This document shows positions 1 through 11,733 of a stretch of 64,000 nucleotides of DNA, piece by piece (the first letter of the stretch is position 1; the number at the start of each line of letters is the position of its first letter). The position numbers and the translations under genes are program-made. Below the pieces are notes generated by a model. It was not told the origin of the DNA. It saw only the letters and a program-made list of their open reading frames with translations, and ran no database searches. The DNA is from Basidiobolus meristosporus CBS 931.73 (taxonomy: Eukaryota; Fungi; Basidiobolomycota): NCBI GenBank assembly GCA_002104905.1, contig MCFE01000376.1, positions 1 through 64,000 of the forward strand, written 5' to 3'.

Positions 1-916
1 TCAATTCCAAATCTCCAAAACTCTTACAACATAGGAGATTCCCAAAAGGTTAAGCATGGTTCTATATTTGCAATGTACCAAGCAAAAGGAGTGGAGTAAG
101 CCCTGCTACAAACTCATCTGGAGCGCAGTCCACAACTCTTAGAACATCTGCCCAAAATCTTTATTTGGATTTATTTGGAAAATTATACTAAAATATATGG
201 TATTCAGGAAATGAGAAATATCAGAGCTGTGCAATGAGCAACAAGCTTTGTGCACATGTACTTAGGACATACCTAAGCATATCTCATGATATTTCTTGAA
301 ACAAGCATTTAATTCTTAAATACCTTTTTCTACACAATATATCATTAAGTGAGAAATGTATTACCAATTTGTTATATCAATCAACTCCAATATCTTCAAG
401 ACTGTAACAATGTTTTGCAATTATCCAAGTGACAATTAAGTCAAAAGTGGTAGCAACAGGGCATATGCTTACAAGAAGTAGGTGCTCTAAACAATACAAG
501 GCATACAGCAACCTTACAAGTATTACATTGAAAAACTAACAATTTCAGGTGTTACAAGTATGTCAGTGGCAGTAGGTGAGCGCATATGCTCGGATTGATA
601 AGCAAGAGGCCAAAGTATTCTTTGGTTCAAAATATAAGCGGAGTACCCATGGTAGTAGCGGGTAAAATGATAAAGAGGAATGATTTCATAGTACAATACA
701 TAAAGGGTATGGGGGAGGCAAAAAGGTGTTTTGATAGTGTCTTGGTGGAATCCCGAGGGTCTGATCCGGATTGCATTATTTTCATAGGGAACGGCAGCCT
801 ACTGTAACACTTTCAATAGAGAAGCTTGAAAATTGCATAATGCTGTATCACCAAGTGGAATCCAAATTCTTGGGATATGAATAAAGAACCTATTCTATAA
901 ATGCCAGTTTACAAGA

Positions 917-2212
917 ATGATTATATATATGCTTTTAGGGTTTGAAGATGCGTCCAGAGTTCGGAGGCTTTGGATCAATTTGGAGCTGTTGCTCATTCCT
1001 AGGACATCTATAGTCCTAAGAATTCACCTTGCATGTCTTCCGGGCCATAGATCAATGGAAACTGGATTGAAAATTCAACCATGCAAATGTGTTAAAGAAA
1101 GTCAAGGTGAAGTGCGGGCAGAGCCTGGGGTATTCCCCAATAGCTCCAAGTATTTGGACAAAATCACCGATGGCTTGTACCAAAATGACGAGATATAATG
1201 TGATGATACATGAATGATTTGGAGCGATCGAATTATTTAGTCAAATATGGCCCTATACGAGTCCCCAATTCCTCTTGTGTTGTTTGGCTGACGAAGAATG
1301 GTTGCTCAAAGTTTGCAAAGGCTCCCGCATAGGAATAACGATCCTAGATTCATTACACATTCTTGAAACCATTCCCCTGATGTAGAGAGAGGTTTGGGAT
1401 ACTTCACAAGGAGCAACGAAATTGAGGACTTCGAGCCTTTACATTTCGTAAGAAACCTCCACCATGTAAGACGGGATTCAGCTCCAGAATGGCTCACTAA
1501 ATATCATTGCTATGTTGACAGTTTTGGGAATCGTCAGGTGGATCGGCCAGTCCAAATTCAGCTTCATCTACTAATTAGGAAATGATGAGATATGAAGCAT
1601 CAGGTGCCGCACAAAACACTTGCTGCATGAGAATGGAGCCACCACGGAGTTTGAGAACAGGTTTGCTGATCATTCTAAGAAAGCACAAGCGCTGGAAACT
1701 GTGCAGAACGTCCAAACAACTTGACGATTATGTGTTGGGTTGTGAAGTATGTCTTCAATGCAATGGGTTGGGGAGTTTGGTTTCGACGCTCACAAATCCG
1801 GATAAGGTAAGGTTGTCCCAAAAGGGAATAAATTGCTGTATGATGACAGGCCCATGCCCTCAGTATCCGATCAGAAAGCTTGGCAATGAAATGATTATTT
1901 TAGCATTCAGCCATTCAGCCGATGGAAACAAGGATTAGGAGATATTTGATGAGTGTTCGACTAGAACTTCATAGTCATCGAACACCCCTCCGGTGTGTGT
2001 ATGTCCAAATCAACCTCAAGCGCACGATGGAGACCGACATATCACAAGGGATGGTTCATAATAGCGTATGTGAGAACTCTTGTAGGACTGTCCCCATGGC
2101 TACGCGTTGGCGGTTCAGACCATCAAGAGAAGGGAGAACAAGGGGTAGAGCAATGAACGGACTCGGGACCTTGAATATTCCACTAATCAAGCCGAAAACA
2201 GTCGGTGCGTAA
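917..2212 (+). mobile_element. Heavily decayed Ty3/Gypsy-type LTR retrotransposon pol relic (RT-RNaseH-integrase order)
   Basis: Fragments across shifting frames with many stops: MLLGFEDAS (cf. MPFGLxNAP) and GLKIQPCKC at ~1064-1090 (cf. RT GLKLxPxKC); DVERGLGYF...EPLHFVRNL at ~1378-1460 (cf. RNase H DASxxGLGAVL...PIAFxSRKL); LDDYVLGCEVCLQC at ~1720-1760 (integrase CxxC); MMTGPCPQ..KLGNEMIILAF at ~1840-1905 (cf. DFxGPLP..GNxxILV). No LTRs found; boundaries approximate. Confidence 0.55.
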
Positions 2213-3222
2213 AGTTTATTTTTCAGAATGGGAATGCCACGTACGCTCTAGACAAACTCATGATTGTCCGCACTACCACCCACACCAATCAACCCTCCAA
2301 GGCTTGTTAAGTCAATAATTACCGATGATAATGGTAACAGCGCTCTCATAGGTGTCTGGAGGGACGTTGGTGGTAATCATTTCTTAATTTAAAACGCATC
2401 AGCATGTGTTACCAGGGCCGATTCAGGCAAAAGTGCCATTTCAAAATAGGGCCCATCCACTGATTACATGGCGCATGAGAACACCGTTGTGCGAATGGAA
2501 GTTCCGGGTTTCGTGGGTCGCCCTTCCCCAGGTCTCGAAGGAAGATGGTTTAGGAAACGCTGAATATTCATCGAACTTTCCGTCGGTCGCACCGCCGAAA
2601 GAACAGGGCCCAAATCAGAGGATTTTTATCAAAGCCCTTTCCTTTTTCTACGGTTTGGGTTTGAAACCGAATTCAACAATTAGGTTTGTCCAAACCACCA
2701 CACCACCACACCGCCAAAATAACCTGGATCTCCGTGGTTATGGCATTTAAGGTATTGGTCCCCTGTACTGCTCATTTATCCAATAGAGGCATCGCTTGTT
2801 CGGGAAATATTGCATTTTAAATCATCACAGTGTCAATCGCACCCAGGGATTGGTCCAAGTTCGGCCATCGCGAAGCTTCGTTGAAAACACGCGATGGATC
2901 AATTGGCTATTTCGCCTGATCGACACCAGCTGACACTAACTTCATTTACAATCAAATAGGAATCATTTCACGGCACAAATAGACGATTAATTGATTCTGG
3001 AACATCTCAAATACCAACTTTATCTTAAACCGTTTTGCTAGGTCCAGTTTTGGTAAATTGCCAAAGTAATTTTTCTTAAAACATATGATAACTAGCGCCA
3101 GATGCCACAGCCTCGATAATGCTTAAAAGGACGTTTCCTCCCTAGTCGAATAGCTCATAACTAGTTCTAATCACTCTTCACCACTCTGCTCATTCCCTCG
3201 ACTCCTCCTCTATTTGGCTAGT

Positions 3223-4281
3223 ATGAGCTTTCCCGCTAACTCTGCAAATAGTCCCACACAGTATATTCAAGCCACCCATAGCACCTCACTGCCAGCAGTG
3301 AATTATATGCAAACCGCCACTCCACCCCCTCAAGTCAACAACATGAACTCGATAAGCAGTCCAACCTCAGCCAAGCCGTCGGCCGACAAAAACTCGCTAC
3401 AAAGCAAAATCATCAGTCGAAAACTAAAAGGCTACCTATTTGAAGACTCCATCCGCGAGTTCAACCCGGAGAAGCTGTACAAAACCAAAGAATCCCGCAA
3501 GCGGGAGATATACAAGGTCCAAGGGGTGAATCTTCTGAACCGCGACGATATCGACAGCAAAACCGCCATCGAACGGCTGCAGAAGAGAAGAGCCCAGCAT
3601 AACCGTGTTGAGCGTAGGAGACGCGATATGATCAACAGCGCGATCGAAGAATTGTCCGAGATCATTCCCAACGCACAACAAGACAAATTCGCCCGGAGTA
3701 ACGTACTTCGTCTAGCCATCGAGTACATCAAGGAGCTTCAGGTAGAGGCTCATAACTTACGCAGCGAAAATGAAACCTTGAAAAACCCACAAACACTAGT
3801 GCCCCGCCTTGATCCCTCCAAAAAGCCGCCCACCATCATCGTAAACTCGAATGGTCAGAACACTTCCCAATTCCAGCCTACTCTATCGGCTGGCTGGGTG
3901 CAGGAGCCAAAGGCCCCTTTTACAGCGTCCTATGGGCTTCCTGCCAGTCCAGGCGATCAAATACACATGACTTCGCCTACAGGATACCCCTCGCCATCGT
4001 CAGCCAGCTATTTTGATAAGCCTCGACACCTTTCTCTTCCTAGCCAATTTTACTCGCATCCTTCTACCCCACCGATATCTATGGGCCAGGCAACCATTGA
4101 TTCCCAGCCTGATAGCATGATGCACAACCACTACCACACTCGGCATATGTCCATTCCCAACGTTTCATTACCAAACCCCGGCCTGGCCCCACCCATGCCA
4201 GCACATGGTGGATTTCATTCAGCACCTTCCTCACCAAGTGATGCCTCGCAGCATCGTCATTCAAGCTACTTTTCGCAGTAG
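3223..4281 (+). CDS. bHLH-ZIP transcription factor, CACGTG E-box class (Cbf1/USF/Rtg3-like), single exon
   Basis: QHNRVERRRRDMINSAIEELSEIIP...RSNVLRLAIEYIKELQ followed by a leucine-zipper-like stretch. H/E/R basic-region residues are present and the SREBP Tyr is absent. First ATG at 3223; the ORF track starts at an upstream TTG. Confidence 0.92.
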   Translation: MSFPANSANSPTQYIQATHSTSLPAVNYMQTATPPPQVNNMNSISSPTSAKPSADKNSLQSKIISRKLKGYLFEDSIREFNPEKLYKTKESRKREIYKVQGVNLLNRDDIDSKTAIERLQKRRAQHNRVERRRRDMINSAIEELSEIIPNAQQDKFARSNVLRLAIEYIKELQVEAHNLRSENETLKNPQTLVPRLDPSKKPPTIIVNSNGQNTSQFQPTLSAGWVQEPKAPFTASYGLPASPGDQIHMTSPTGYPSPSSASYFDKPRHLSLPSQFYSHPSTPPISMGQATIDSQPDSMMHNHYHTRHMSIPNVSLPNPGLAPPMPAHGGFHSAPSSPSDASQHRHSSYFSQ

Positions 4282-5159
4282 AATCCAACCCATGACCCCT
4301 CATTGAGGCGGAACTCCAGCGAAAGAGTTGGTACGTATGACGGGATATTTAGATTATCGTCGTGACACCAACATTTCCCAGACACGCATCATTGTAATAT
4401 AGTAAGGCTGACTTCCACCATCACAATGTATAAATTGCCAAACAACAATATAAATTAATCATCCCGATTCAACCAAATATCTGCCCACATTGGTGCTTGT
4501 GCCAAAAACCCACCATTGTACAGCTCGGCTCTTTGACAAAGATGCGGAAGGTTCCATAGAGCTCATTGAATTTAACCCATTCCGAAACCTTAACTTGCAA
4601 TATTCAATACCGCTACTAGCCTAGTCTAAATAGAGCTAATAAGATATAGTTTGGACATATGGTTCCCATGGACAACCTGATTGCTGCTCATTTCAGTAGT
4701 TGAAGATATTGCTGTACTACTATGCCAAGCCGAAGATAACTCTAATGCCGGGAATATTCGGAAGCGAACGAAGAATCAATCAGACCAATGGCTAAAGCAG
4801 CTCATAGGCCAGCCGAATTGAGTTAGATACCCCTTCATTCGCTGCCAATATTCTGGGTGCAATGAGTGATTTTCAAGATAGCCTCTATATCCGGATGATC
4901 CGATTCTTCCAAACCACAGAAAATAGCCAAATTACAGTGGCTTGATGAAAAAGGTTCTTAGATGAGCGATTTGTGTGTAAACAATATTAGTAATATGCTT
5001 TAGATTCACCATAAGTTATGATGATAAGTTGGCTGCGATGACAAACAGGTGATACGAACAAACTGATCGATAAGTGTCTCCATTTCCGACTTTTTGTACT
5101 CTTCCCAAATCACTTGGCATTGCCTGTCATTGTATGCGATTATTCTTTAAACAACCATA

Positions 5160-7115
5160 TTGCCAATGGTCCTTATCAATGGGATTAAATATGCATGCGA
5201 AACATGTATTCGAGGTCACCGCTCGTCGTCCTGTAGCCATCTGAAACGACAACTCTTCGAGATCAAAAAGAAAGGTCGACCGGTTACCCAATGCGAACAT
5301 TGTCGTGAGCTGAGAAAAACCAAAAAGATCCACGTCAAATGTATATGTGTCAAAGCCGAGCTGGAAGGTATTTCCCATACAACTCTTCCCCTCCCCCGAA
5401 AAAATCTCTTGAACACTTGAGCTGACGTTAGCCGAACACTTCTTATAGATAAACCCGAACCGGGAAAGATCACCTTGGATTTGGAAAAGACAACCAAAGG
5501 CTTGAAAAAGAACGAGAAATTCCAGGGTTTGCATTCCCGTCGTTTTGACAGTTGCCGTGAGTGCGGTTGTGTTAAATTCTGGTTTGATTTAGTCACTTCC
5601 CTTCTGAATCCTTGCCGCTGCTCCGAAGGTTTTCCTTGTAGGTGTTGCACCGTCGACGAAGGCTTTTACTCCGACATGATTGCCGCTGGTATGGACTCGG
5701 CTTCTATTAAAGCCACTTTAGACAACGCAAACTCGTGCTCGACCAAGTGCAAATCTTGCAAGTCAGGTTGCAAATCCCGGTCAGAGACTGCGGACCATCG
5801 TGAACCCACCCATTCTCAACCAAACATAGCTCTCCCATCTAATACCAGCTGCTGTTCGTCTGCAAAAAACAAAGAGCCAAGTGAGGCCAGGCCAAATAAC
5901 GGGTTGACAAAAAAAGTGGAGCCGACAGTTGGTCAAAATGACACGACAATTACAAGTACACAGCCACCCAGCTGCTGCTCCCGGAAAAAAGAATCCCAAG
6001 AGGAACCTCCAAGTGCGTCTGAAGTTGAGACAACTAAAATCGACCCTAAAAGTGAGTGGTACCGTAATAGACGACGTTGTCCATACATTAACAAAGCTTC
6101 CCTTTAACTCAAAACAGAGTCGGAAAGAGCTAAGCTCATCACGAGTTTGCAGCAGAGCGTTCGTAAACAAGAGACCAATCACAAAATAGCCTGTAAGTTC
6201 CAACATATCGAAATGCATCCGAGGTGTTTTATGAGTAACCGTTTCGCCCATAGTGGAATCGTTGATGAACCCCTGTCGTTGCGGCGAAGGCTATGGATGT
6301 ACATGTTTGAGCATTCCAGACAAATACACCTTCTTTGCCGAGTTTGTTGGGACTGGAATTGATATGGAAGCACTTGAACTCAATTTGCAGTGTGGTAGCT
6401 CATGTGGTGTGAAGTGCAAATCCTGTAGTACCAAATGTTGCGGAAAATCATCTAAGCCGCCCAACAATATAAACCCAACCCTTGACACCAACGAATCCGA
6501 CTGTACATCAGCAGATAAACTCCCTCATCCCCCACTCGATCAAGATCCAATAGCTCATGGCTCTTCAAACGATCAAGCGATGAATTCTAATCCAACTTAT
6601 CCCAAGCGATCCGCTAAGGAGGCTAATCTTGATGATCTTGACTCCGTTGACAATAGCCGACTCATACAAATGGTGTATAACAGTGTTCAGCCAGGTAAAA
6701 CCTGCTGCCAACCCCAAGATGAGATTGGTCAACCCAGCAAAAAGCCCAAGGTCGAGGCTGCACCGGTGAAAAATTGCTGCGCAAGTCGTAGCGATGATAA
6801 AGACTCTAAGAAGGACACCGTTGCTTCCAACTCATGTTGTGGGGGCAGTGACAAGAAAAATTCCAGCGGCTGTAGCTGCTGTTTCGACCCAGAAAACCCA
6901 ACCTTCTACACGGACACAGATGGGATTCGAACATGTGGCTGCGGCTGTAACAAGCCAGCCTTGGATTGTAGTCATTGTCTCAAAGATTTGTGCGAGGGTA
7001 AGTGCATCCAGTCTTCCAACAAATTTCCACATCTGGTAAGCTAATATGTTCTCACACAGAAATCATCCTCAAGCCACCGTCTTCATGTCGGGTCTCGCAT
7101 TCTCTTGGTGAATAG
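5160..7115 (+). CDS. Copper-fist (Ace1/Cup2/Mac1/Haa1 family) transcription factor with extensive Cys-rich C-terminal modules
   Basis: N-terminal ACETCIRGHRSSSCSH...KKKGRPVTQCEHCRELRK..HVKCIC. Predicted introns 5368-5448, ~5527-5592, 6052-6117, 6193-6253 and 6998-7059 give a continuous frame ending LGE* at 7115. Confidence 0.9.
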
Positions 7116-7261
7116 CATGTTGATTAGTAAATAGAACAAATAATGGGGGATTAATGATGGGAATTGTAATACGGATAGATTCGCAGAAAAGGGAACTAGA
7201 ACATCAGTTTATTGAAATATATATAACAGGCATCGCTTGTTTAGAATAAAAGCCGCCTTCT

Positions 7262-9489
7262 TCAAATCTTCGACAAATCGCGACCAAATAGAGCTCGCTT
7301 GGTCCAGTCCATAGATAGAAGAAGTCTGGTTCGTGTGGACACCTGTTCACTCCAGTAGATACTGCGCCACAAGTACACCGCACCAAATCCGCTGATGTGA
7401 TGGCCTTGACCAAAATCTGCCACCGCCGAGCCGCCAATATAGGCTAGAGAGCCCAAGTGTGAGTAGTGGAAAGGCGGATATTGATCGTCAGCCTCGACAC
7501 CAAATGGGGCGTTGTCGGCGCGTGAGGCCAGCGAATTTAATTTCCGAGCCATGTACTTCCCCTGCTGACTTGCTACTTGTGCAGTAGCAGGGAGAGTCGT
7601 CAACTTGGAATCCACGTACTGAAGTAGCTTCTTCAGCTCGTCGAGATCCAACTCCCCAGATTCATCCTCGTCGTACTCATTGAAGAGGTCGCGCAACTTG
7701 AGCAGATGTGCTCGCGTCTGGGGGTGCTTCACACTCATTTCCTCAGCCATCAAGCGGAACTCCTCGAAATCGATGGTTCCCGAATGATTCCTGTCGGCCG
7801 CTTCGAAATATTCTATCATGTGCTCGACGAAATTTGGGTTCTCTACAGTGCTACAATCGCCCAAAGCGTATACCGAGCCATCGGGAATGCCCTTGACACG
7901 GAGCCGATTGTCAGTCTCGAGTGCTCGCTTGTTTTTTTGCGCCTCCAAGCTCTCACAAAGCCTCCTGGTGATGGGCTTCATATCTGCAACGGAGCGTGAG
8001 TATGTGCATAAAGTGTCAACCATATGGGCGCTGATTCCTACCAATTCCTGTAGACCAGAGACACACACCAAATGGCAAGGTCTTTTGAACAGTTGTGCCA
8101 TCCTTCTGCTTTAGTGTGTAGACTATGTGATCTTCATGGACGGATTTCACGCGGGCCAGCGTTATGACGTTGATACCACTGCGCTGAAAGTGCTTCTCTG
8201 TGTAGGTAGATATCTTCTCATCGTAAGTGTTGAGGATGTGGTCACGCGACTGGATGACTGTGATTTGGACTTTTTCCTTCAACTCAGGCGCGAACTAAAA
8301 GGAGGTGGTTAGATGCCGGACACTTTCGACGAAGCATGCAAACCCATACATAGCTCACTAGATCCTCCTCGACAAAATCGTACAGCTCTGCGGCAAATTC
8401 GACCCCGGTAGGCCCTACAGCAACAAAAGTGAGCACCGGTGGTTTAAATTCCGCCTACACACCAAATACCTCCGCCGCATATAACGAAGCTAAGCAGCCG
8501 TCTTTTCTCCTCGTCTGAGGTGGTTGGCAAGGCGGCTTTTTCGAAATTGCTCATGATTCTCTTTTTCAGGTCGCGCGCGTCGTCAATGTTCTTTAGAAAG
8601 TTACAGTGCTCGATCCCCTCCACTCCAAATGTCATACTCTGGGAGCCGACTGCAATCACCAACTTTCACGGGGGTGAGTACGCCATTGGTGAAATGTCGT
8701 GGCAACTAAGATCAACTTGCCTTATCATACGGAAGGTAAAACTCTTTCCCGTCAACACCCTTGGCCAGGACCATCTTACTGTCATAGAGAATATCCTGTG
8801 CCTCGGCCTGAATGCGCATTAGTTGGCTTGATATGGAATCGATGGGTCGGCTCCCCTACCTGAACGAATAATGCCTTGAGAGGTTGAATGATTTTGCGTA
8901 CCGGCTCAACCAAAGAGCTGAAGGGAGGTATAAGCATACTTGTTTGCGCCCAGGGTTCGCGGCGTCCCACTTACCGTAGCTCTAGAGTTCCGACCGTAGC
9001 GCTCGGCAGGAGAGGAGTGAAAAGAAAGTAGTTATTGGGGGAGACAACTGTTACGTCGTATTTCTCCGTGTCCAATTCCTTCAAAAGAGATATAGCCTAT
9101 GGGTTGAGAGTGAGCACGCTTTAGCTTCAGTCGTTTCTCCCAAAAACTGACGGAAATCGACTTACCCCCCAGCCGGAGCCTAGAACGACTAAACGTGGCT
9201 TAGCTTGCTCTTGCCGATGCACTATTGGCACAGCCGCTGGCCCTTGTTCCAGATAAGTCTTGACATTGAGCATGGGCCGTTTGTGTTCAAGGAAGTAAGC
9301 AAGAAGTCCCACCCCGAGTACTGAAGCGGAGGCTAGCTTAAACCAAAGAGACTGGAAGAAGGGTTTATGGCCAAGGGAAGACAAGGGAGCTGGAGCCTGC
9401 TGGCGTGTTTGTGCACATTTTGCTGGGGAAAAAAACCTCTTGGTTTGCTGGAGGGGGGTCTGGACTTTCTGGAGGCCTTGACGAAACAT
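7262..9489 (-). CDS. Type II (alternative, external-type) NADH dehydrogenase with two EF-hands, multi-exon
   Basis: Mitochondrial-like presequence; [10 protein letters not shown] and FVICGGG Rossmann motifs; EF-hand loops [12 protein letters not shown] and [12 protein letters not shown]; [14 protein letters not shown]; C-terminal [35 protein letters not shown]. Confidence 0.95.
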
Positions 9490-10094
9490 AACTTGGTAAA
9501 GGATGGTTTATTTCAGCAGCATGAAGTGGAAATGGCATGAAATCAACGGACTGCAGCTACGTATTGAAGCTTAGGTCATCATGCTGTCAATCATAGGTAT
9601 CAAGAAAGGCTTGAAACTCGCATATTAATCACATCGCAATGATACAGGCAGTATTTTGAATGGTCGGGCAAACTTGTTCAGGAAAGACTGTCTCGGAAAA
9701 GGATTGTTCTCGTGTAACACGCCAGTACTAGACTGTATTCTAATCCGGTCATCCCAACAGCGTAGAACCATGCGTATAGCCAATAGCCTTCCGGCGAGCC
9801 ATCTTCCCAACCATCGATATGTTAGCCTATATATGGGCATGATTAAAAGGGAGAGTATAACCATAGATATATCACACTCTGGCCGAAAGTGGATTATTCC
9901 ACCATTTTGATGTGACGATCTGACCAACTCAAACATTGTTAAGAGTACCCTCCAGCAAAAAGTTAAATCCCGTTTCAATTGGATATATTGAGAAAATTTC
10001 GGAGAATCAAATAAAAATCTGGAGGTGGAAAAACTTGCTTCAAGTTATAAATTGCATGGTACACTTTGGCTTCTATCCACCCTTAACTCCTATA

Positions 10095-11733
10095 ATGCGT
10101 AAACTTCTTACTACCCTCCTTGTAACCCTATCTCTGACTCTTGGCAGCGAAGCTGCGAACAGTTGTTCCGTAGCTGGGGACAACAAATTTCCGGAGCAAA
10201 TAAGCGCGGACCTGTTGAAGCCGATTTCTTCCTTCAGTGTGGAATATTTTCCCAGCTACAAGATTGTCACCAACAACAACAACAAAGTCTCATATCGAGT
10301 CGATTGCAACGAGAACACCGGCAATGCGGAACATTTTGTTTCGTTAAACAAGTTGGGCTCTATCAGTGCTAACTTGAAGACCATCGGCTTCCTTGAGGTA
10401 GGCTGTTCTCCCCATTCATAGCAGTTTCGCCGATTTTAATGTGAGTTTCTTTCTAGCTCCTTGGTGTTGAGCAAAGAATTGTTGCCATAACCGCCCCGGA
10501 TGTAGCCAACCAAGTCACTTCCGCCTGCGTGAGAGCAAGCCTGTCACGAGCAACCGGCAGCGCAGAATTGACATTCTCCGAGAATTTAAGTCAGCCCAAC
10601 ACGGTGGCCTTCGCTCTAGATGACAACATGACGCCTTTGCAGGTAAAATACGGCCATTTCATAGCCCAAGGAAAGCGCTAAACCATCTTCTATAGAAAGC
10701 ACAATGGATTCTTTTCGTGGGTGCGATTCTGAATCTCGATAAAGAGGCGGAAGAGATCTATCGTCAAATCGAAAGCAGCTACCTTTGTCACAGGAGCAAT
10801 CTCAGTAAAGTCAATAAGCAAAGCATCGCGTGGATCCAACTTGTAAATGGCAAATACACGTTCAAGAACAGCTTCTACTACGAGAACTTGATCAACGATG
10901 CAGGTATGAAAGCATCCACCCACCATTGTCCGAACGCAGAAATACTAACCGCGAATTTATCAGCTGGAAAGCCAGTCAAACCATCTCAAAATCCAATCGG
11001 CGACGTGGCCACCTTTCAAAAGGAGATGGGAGATACCCCACTTGCTGTAGATGAAACATTGTTGGATGATATCAGCATGAGCACCTGGCTCACTAAATAT
11101 GGCATCGATGCGAAAGACAAGCCGTATCTCAACAACCTTTACCGAACTGACAAACTGATCGTCAATGCCAACAAAACCATCGTATCTGGTACTGCGCTTG
11201 TCTTGGCTTTGGTTTTCTACGATATGTACTGACTGACCTCTGAATCATTAGATTGGGATCAAGTTGCACCAAGTCGCCCTGATCTTGCCATCCAAGGTAT
11301 CCATTGTTCATGTCCGGTCTCGCCTATTCCTTAACTCACCCAAGTATTTTATTCAGACCTAATTTCGGTGCAGTATGGTGATTACCAGCCAACATACTCG
11401 CCTAGATGGTTCATGAAGCTCAACACTGGATTCCAGAGAACGAATCTTGAGAGTGCTACCTGTGATGCCAGTCGTAACCAAATCCCGCAATGCATGGTGG
11501 CTGAGTACAGTGCCATCAATATCCCAGTGGTCGGAGGATCTTCGGGCAAAAAGAGTAATGCTGGAGCTATTGCCGGAGGAGTAGTGGGAGGAGTGGTTGG
11601 CGTACTTGCTATCGGAGGAATCGTTTTCTACGGGAGAAAGAAGTACCGCCAAACCGGCACACAGGACGGCAAAAAGCAAGGTTGGGACTTCATCAGCCTC
11701 AAGAGTGGCCGCTCCACTACCTCCTTGGCATAG
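10095..11733 (+). CDS. CBA1: CBA1-like (cobalamin acquisition protein 1) / periplasmic-binding-protein fold type I membrane protein
   Basis: Signal peptide MRKLLTTLLVTLSLTLGSEA. Spliced motifs FSVEYFPSYKIVTN, FLE|LLGV, VTSAC, TPLQ|KAQWILFVGAILNLDKEAEEIYRQIESSYLC, DWDQVAPSRPDLAIQ|DL and YSPRWF. C-terminal TM AIAGGVVGGVVGVLAIGGIVFY followed by a basic GRKKYR tail. Introns ~10398-10456, 10643-10695, 11189-11251, 11297-11356. Confidence 0.7.

Noticed and set aside
2406-2750. 114-aa ORF and possible 3' LTR beginning TGTTACC at ~2407
   Set aside because: No recognisable domain, no polypurine tract before it and no matching second LTR in the window.
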